The notes under the pieces were generated by a model, which searched no databases, was not told where the DNA came from, and saw only the letters and a list, made by a program, of their open reading frames with translations. DNA of 46,826 nt from Priapulus caudatus. Its lineage: Eukaryota. Location: the NCBI RefSeq assembly GCF_000485595.1, contig NW_014577069.1:147746-194571 (forward strand), read 5' to 3'. The position numbers were made by a program, and so were the translations under genes. Each line of letters starts with the position of its first letter. The first letter of the stretch is position 1. Shown one piece after another: positions 40,518-46,826 of the stretch.

Positions 40518-42608
40518 GGATAGCATCGTGCTGTTTACAAATATAGCGCCGGCGCTTCTCTGATAAGTTGAAGCCCTTCGGGGTGTCTTCAGTATTTATA
40601 GTGGAAGCACCTTCACATACACACACGCGCGCACACATACACGGACACACGTATGCACGCGCCGGCGATGCGTATGCGCATGTGCGTGCGTGTGTGCGCG
40701 TATGTCCTTGGCGTTCGTGTGTGTACGTGCTGGGGCGTTCGCGCGCGCGCGTATGTGTGTAAGTGCGGGCGCGGATGTGTGAGTATGTGCGGGGGTGTGT
40801 GTGAGTGCGGCGCGGGTGTGTTAGCGTTGACTCGTTAATTGTCAGTAAATTATTTAGTTTTTGTGCATGCATATACTTACGCGAGCCAGGGATAGCTCAG
40901 ATATTACAGGGCCCTTGTTTCCTCTAGCACTTCGTGTCATACTCTTTAATATATTGCATGCATGCACACACGCGCGCACACACACGCACGCACGTGAACA
41001 CACACACGCGCGCACGCACGCACGTGAACACACACGCGCACACATGGGGTGGTTTTGAGATTGGGCATTTGCCAAGACTCGCTTCCGCAATTTCCTAATT
41101 CGAGCTGAAGGTGGCGCAAACAAGAGCGTCGGGCGTCTGTAACGACGACGGGCACGCCAGCGCATAATCTATATCCCGTCAGCTCCCATCCTCGCCTCCG
41201 CGCCTGGTACTGATGCTTGGTAGTTTCAGCGTCCGCATCCCCGCGTTGTCAACACGTCACGACGAATTACATTTTTACTTCGCGCCTCTAGCTCTGTGCG
41301 GCCTGCTATAGTCTCTGGCTGATTGGGGCGCCGATATATTCAAGTCCGGTTACACTTTTATCTCAGAATGTTCGAAATTTCGAGACAGATGAACTGAATG
41401 GTGCGGATTGGTTGTATACTTTTCGGAGGATTAACGCGTTTACGGACGAGTATTGGTAATCAGAAACGCAGAAAACAGCTATTCCCTCAGCGGGACTCTC
41501 TAAATGTAATTCTGATATAGTTCTTGTCCCGGTTACTCTCGAAAATATTGTGGTACAATTCGCGAAACTTGTGACAGATTTTGTCTTGTGATTGGCTAAT
41601 AAGCTAGCCCATTCTTTGCATAAGACGCAGTTATTCCTGTGGCGCAAGCAACAACGCCGTTCTTACATTCGTTGGGAATTTATTCTTCTTTTTCTGGGAT
41701 AAATATTTCACCGTCACAGCAAATGAATAGACGATAAACGCATTTATTTGCTTTAAACCACACGCAATGTACCGATTATCGTCAGTGAAACCCCTGAGAA
41801 TGCACAATTATACGCAGGCGACTTTCATCAATAGTGAGCCCTTCTAACTCGACGCATTCCGGCCTCTAAAATTCGACCTGGTTGTAAAAGTCTACGACGT
41901 TGGTCATTTACGTATAGTAGTCGCCCATCTATAGCTCTATGCTAGTCGCCACGTTCCGCGTAGTTAATACCACACACACGTCTGCCTCGCGCATTCTGCA
42001 CGTGACCTGAATGAAGCAAAGATTTAATCACAGGTGATCAAAGGTAATCGCAGGTGTGAACACACGGCCCGGTGCATCTGACAGATACCGCCGCCAAGTC
42101 AGACTGTTGATTCTTAGGTATAGCGTCGATACACGCCGTCTAGCGGCGGTCGCCGATACTACTAGTAAGCGACACGACGGTTTACGATGCTAGCCGGAGC
42201 TTGCGTGTTGTATGGGCAACTCGTGATATTATCAGGCGTGTATAATAATAGATACTATTATCTATTATACTACTATATATCTATATCTATATACTACATA
42301 CTATATACTATATACAATTATACTATATACTATATACTATATACTATATACTATATACTATATATACTATATACTACATATACTATATGTAATATAAACT
42401 ACATATACTATACTTTTATCTCGCACGTCTCACGCGGAGGGCATATAACGCGGAAGGCATATTACAGGCTGTGAACGCCTCCCTTCATAGCAGTAGCTAA
42501 CACCTCCATCACCACCCATGTCCTTTCACCTTATTAGCTTCAGTTATAGCATGTGGGCTTCTCCCCTACTCGTTACTGATGCTGCTGCTGCTGCTGCTTG
42601 TGTTTCAG

Positions 42609-42703
42609 CCTGCCAACATCCTGCTAGATGAGGGCGGACATGTGAGAATCTCTGACCTTGGCCTCGCTTGCGACTTCTCCAAGAAGAAGCCGCATGCCAG
42701 CGT
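42609..42703 (+). CDS. GRK2: G-protein-coupled receptor kinase (GRK2/3, Gprk1-type), internal kinase-domain exon
   Basis: Acceptor tgtgtttcag|CCT, donor AGCGT|gtaagg, 95 nt, phase 0 to 2. Encodes [31 protein letters not shown](V), nearly identical to the recalled GRK2/3 [32 protein letters not shown], including the GRK-typical DLG in place of DFG. Not called in this frame by the ORF track. Confidence 0.96.
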
Positions 42704-42711
42704 GTAAGGGC

Positions 42712-42749
<38 letters not shown>

Positions 42750-42998
42750 NNNNNNNNNNNNNNNNNNNNNNNNNNNNNNNNNNNNNNNNNNNNNNNNNNN
42801 NNNNNNNNNNNNNNNNNNNNNNNNNNNNNNNNNNNNNNNNNNNNNNNNNNNNNNNNNNNNNNNNNNNNNNNNNNNNNNNNNNNNNNNNNNNNNNNNNNNN
42901 NNNNNNNNNNNNNNNNNNNNNNNNNNNNNNNNNNNNNNNNNNNNNNNNNNNNNNNNNNNNNNNNNNNNNNNNNNNNNNNNNNNNNNNNNNNNNNNNNN
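42750..42998. other. Assembly gap (249 N); 10-N gaps also at 23732-23741, 30380-30389 and 40386-40395
   Basis: N runs, each adjacent to or inside a simple or tandem repeat. Confidence 0.99.
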
Positions 42999-43019
42999 AG
43001 AATGAGCGCGAGGAGAGAA

Positions 43020-43072
<53 letters not shown>

Positions 43073-43766
43073 GAAAGAAAGTACGAGAGAGAGAGAGAGA
43101 AAGGAGGGGGAGATGAGGAGCGAGAGAACCATTTGTACTGTATAGTTCAACAATCTGCTCGCACTGGATACGATTTTAAATGAAAACAGTTACGGCTCGA
43201 CACCTTGCCCGATGTGAGTTCAATGAAACAGAGCAGAAAATCTCAGCTACTGTAGATATAAGACTGCCGACAAAGAACAGGTACTTGCTGGATACTACAC
43301 AGGTCACTTAGCCTTGGCCGGCTGTCCGATTCTATCTCATACGTATAGCAAGTATGCGTGTTCTCGCGCACATGCAGTCCGTGCCCGCCTTTCTTGCTGC
43401 AGCCTGTAGGTCCACCCGATTACTACCTGTGTCCACTACAATCGCAGTTATAGTAAGTATAAGGTTACCGTACACAGGTTCCATTGCACCTGGACGCGCG
43501 GGAGACGGTGAACGGGCACCCACACACCGCCAGCACCGCCCGGTATCGGTGGGGGAGTGTAGGCGCAACTGGGGGTTTAAAAGTGAGCCTGGGATTTCTT
43601 GCATATTTGTGAATATTTGTAAAAATAAACACGCCCTATTAGAGTCGAACACCGACGCTGGTTGGGATAGCTCGGGCAACTTAAAAACCAGAGCGCAAAT
43701 AAACACGAAAAACATTGCCGACCCTCCTATACATGCGGGCGCCTAGAAGAGAGCCCAGCGTAGCAG

Positions 43767-44110
43767 GGCCAGTAACCGTTTGTGGGTGGTGCACCACGGC
43801 CAGTAACCGTTTGTGGGTGGTGCACCACGGCCAGTAACCGTTTGTGGGTGGTGCACCACGGCCAGTAACCGTTTGTGGGTGGTGCACCAAGAGCACTAAC
43901 AGTTTGTGCGTGCATGGTGTACTAGGGCCAGTAACCGTTTGAGGGTGGTACACCACGGCCAGTAACCGCATGTGGGTGTGTACCAGGGCCTATAACCGTC
44001 TGTGGGTGATGCACCAGGAACAGTAACCGCATGTAGGTGTTGTACCAGGGACACTAACCTTTTGTGAGTGGATTTTTCACGGATTGTGACCGTGTGTGGC
44101 TGATGCACCA
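43767..44110. repeat. 31-bp minisatellite (ggccagtaaccgtttgtgggtggtgcaccac), about 11 copies, degrading rightwards
   Basis: Near-perfect units at 43767, 43798, 43829 and 43860, containing the palindrome gtggtgcaccac. Confidence 0.92.
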
Positions 44111-46616
44111 GTGAGAACAACAGTGTGGGCGTGGTCTAACGGTCGGAGATATAGCGCCAAGATACGGGGTTCGTGTAAGATTGATATAGTCATTCCTGAG
44201 TGACGGGTTAGGCACAGTAGACGCGCGTGGACCTAAAAGATATATCGGTGAAGAATTAAGTTACCAAGGTTCTTCTACACAATCACCGTGTAACTGGTCC
44301 AAGGAACGAAGATCCGAGCACCAGATGATTCTATAGACATCATATAGTCATTAACAGACCGAGTGTGCGAGGAGAGGGGTTATAGGCGCGGCTAGCAGTT
44401 CATTACTGTCCGGTTTGACCAAATTACGCCCCCCCCACACACACACACTTCTACCAACACCGACAAACGTGCGTACAAGAATTCGAAGAAAACAGGGACA
44501 TACTGCCCATGGCTAGGCTTAGCGTCTCACAAAGGCCGTACAGTATCCTTGGCGGTAATCCGCTAGAGCGCACCTCGGGCAGCGCGCATCAGCATATGTT
44601 GGGAGTTTAACCCTTGTAAGCGGCGGGCAACACCAAAAACAACTTTACTATACGATTTCCTTGGCCGGTAGCGGATATTTCATTTCGGCTCGGCTTGCTT
44701 CGTCACTGGTCAGAGCCGTACTCGATGCACGTGACTGTGACCGCGCTGACCGATTCTGTATTAGATGAAAAACTGATTTACGCCAGAACAACAGGCTTCG
44801 CGAACTTGCACGTTGATGTCCATCGCCATTCATCGCTATATTTAGCAGTTTTCTAGTTGTTGAGTGCGTTTTCGTGAATGGCCTTGCACACGCACGCACA
44901 CGCCGCTTCCCACTTACACACACGGACACGCACGCACGCACCCACGCGATAGGGGAGTACACGCAACAACTCACGCACACACACGCGCACATATATATAT
45001 ATATGCTTGTTTACGTAAATCTGTAATTACAGATTTTCTATTTTAAGAAGTGATAGTTCTCAGAGAGCTAACTACATGAGACTATATAAGACTTCTGTGC
45101 TCATAACAAGATGTGGCAATCTTCACTACAACATCGGTGTGCTGCGCTGTCAGCAGCAATGATAAACAGTCGAGCTATAACTCGCAGTGACACGCAACAG
45201 TTTTAAAAGATAATTCGCCGCAACAGAGCCATAGCTCGTTTGCCGCCACCATCACCATGGCAACTACAAGTGTTGCTTAATCTTAGTGGGCACTTCGTCT
45301 GATGCTATCACAACGAGGAACTAATGCTGTCCCCGTTTGCCCACGCCAGTACAGGTATCTGTTCTCTCGCGGAAAACGGATGGAGATGGGGGCAGTAGTG
45401 TATTAATTGGTCTAGATAATCATCACGGAGAACCATAGTACTAGGCGCTTATTTACGTCGCCATAAAAAAAACACACACGGTAAACCTATTTTTAGCGTT
45501 GCTCGCTACTGATCGCATTCACAGGTAGAGCTATATGCCCTTGGTTTGGAATATTATTATTTCGTGTTTTTACTGTTATTCTTTTCATTCTTTACGTGTG
45601 TGTCTTCATTCTTTTGCACCGCCTGCCAAACTGACTCGCCGCTCTACACCTGTAGCCCTATATGTGTATGGAGTTAATTTATTTGACTCGTACCGCGTGG
45701 CTCACGGCTTCATCTTAAGAAAAACGGGTTACCGCACGGATTTCACATCACGTAAGCCGCCGCCGGCTTGTGTCTCACGCAGAGATTTCGCACGAAATCT
45801 AGTGAATCCTATTATAATAATACACGAACCGTGAAACAGCCGCGCCTCTCCGCTGTCTTAATCCGCGCATGCGCATCGCAGTCTTGTTGTTTCACCCCGC
45901 GCAGGCATACCACAGCCTCGGCGTTTCACCCTGCGCATGCGTACAACAGCGAGTCGTTCCTCTGTAGATGTTTATTAACTGTTCAAGTAAAATTAGCCGG
46001 CAAAGTTTACATGTCATTATAGAGATTGAAGTTGAAACATGTTTATCTGGTTAAAGCATTGCCGTGTCTTTGCGTCAGCGGCGCGCATACAAGTGAGACG
46101 GGAATCAGCGTGTTCTTAGCCACCATGTTGTATAAGTGTGCCACAATTAATGACTCATCAGATATAGGCGTCGGTGCCGTATAGTAGTTACTTAGTTAGA
46201 CGCTACAATTCATTCGAAACATTTTTTTGCGAGACGTTTATTCTCATTAGAGACGCGATAAATACTTCTTAGTTGACATAGTTTTTTTTTAGTGGCAGAT
46301 TAGTAGACTTAGTTGCATATACATACTGTTGTCTATATAAGGCTTAACTACACCTGCGCTACTTAAGGGAACAGTTGCAGTGTCCGCCATGCCCCACCTA
46401 CTACCCATGTTGTTCCTCGACATCACGACAATATATCACGCCTATGCATGCGTGCCCAAAGGCACAAGTCGGGTCTGTCACGCGTGTTTGCCGCACGACG
46501 AGTTAACCATCCCACCGCAAGTCACAGGGCGTGACGTTACACGCGCGCAGAAATGCAATATTCTGTAAGTGTCAAAATGAGCTACATGCATTCGTACTTG
46601 GTAGCAGGAGTTCCCA

Positions 46617-46638
46617 CGACACACACACACATACACAC

Positions 46639-46676
<38 letters not shown>

Positions 46677-46729
46677 GCACGCACGCACGCACGAACACCC
46701 GCCGGCCGGCCGGCCCGCCCGCCCGCACG

Positions 46730-46766
<37 letters not shown>

Positions 46767-46826
46767 GCACGCACGCACGCACGAACACCCGCCGGCCGGC
46801 CGGCCCGCCCGCCCGCACGCACGCAC
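46617..46826. repeat. (CA)n/(GCAC)n/(GCCG/GCCC)n composite duplicated with a 90-bp period
   Basis: acatacgcac...cgccggccggccggcccgccc block begins at 46671 and 46761. Confidence 0.85.

Noticed and set aside
41985..42015. cgt gac ctg aat (RDLN) as the missing upstream GRK exon
   Set aside because: The surrounding translation does not resemble a GRK and no donor follows.
43767..44110. CRISPR-like 31-bp repeat with an internal palindrome
   Set aside because: Units abut with no unique spacers, there are no cas genes, and the context is eukaryotic.
44126..44180. tRNA or SINE head (A-box-like tggtctaacgg, B-box-like ggttcg)
   Set aside because: The B box is imperfect, spacing is short and no cloverleaf forms. 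A similar lone B-box-like motif near 15555-15568 was rejected for the same reason.

Overview
This is eukaryotic (animal, probably invertebrate) genomic DNA: intron-rich, dense in microsatellites, with plentiful CpG and four N-gaps. Most of the supplied ORFs are translations of simple repeats. Two spliced genes can be read from the sequence. (1) On the minus strand, six consecutive coding exons of a TSPEAR/closca-like gene (TSPN/laminin-G domain, a short Cys-bracketed linker, then the start of the EAR/EPTP repeats) span 34635 to 627. All junctions are GT-AG and all but one are phase-compatible. The gene continues past the left edge, and its signal-peptide exon is not firmly located. (2) On the plus strand, one 95-nt kinase-domain exon of a GRK2/3-type G-protein-coupled receptor kinase ([32 protein letters not shown]) lies at 42609-42703. 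I found no neighbouring GRK exon, so the TSPEAR-like gene may be nested antisense in a GRK intron of more than 42 kb. An ~8.1-kb head-to-tail duplication (about 15587-23731 and 23742-31760) joins at a 10-N gap and repeats two TSPEAR exons. Its indel-dominated differences look more like a long-read assembly artefact than a true duplication. I found no CRISPR array, RNA gene or intact transposon, and no convincing wholly new system. The best leads are the nested arrangement, the symmetric Cys-module exon and several splice-site oddities.
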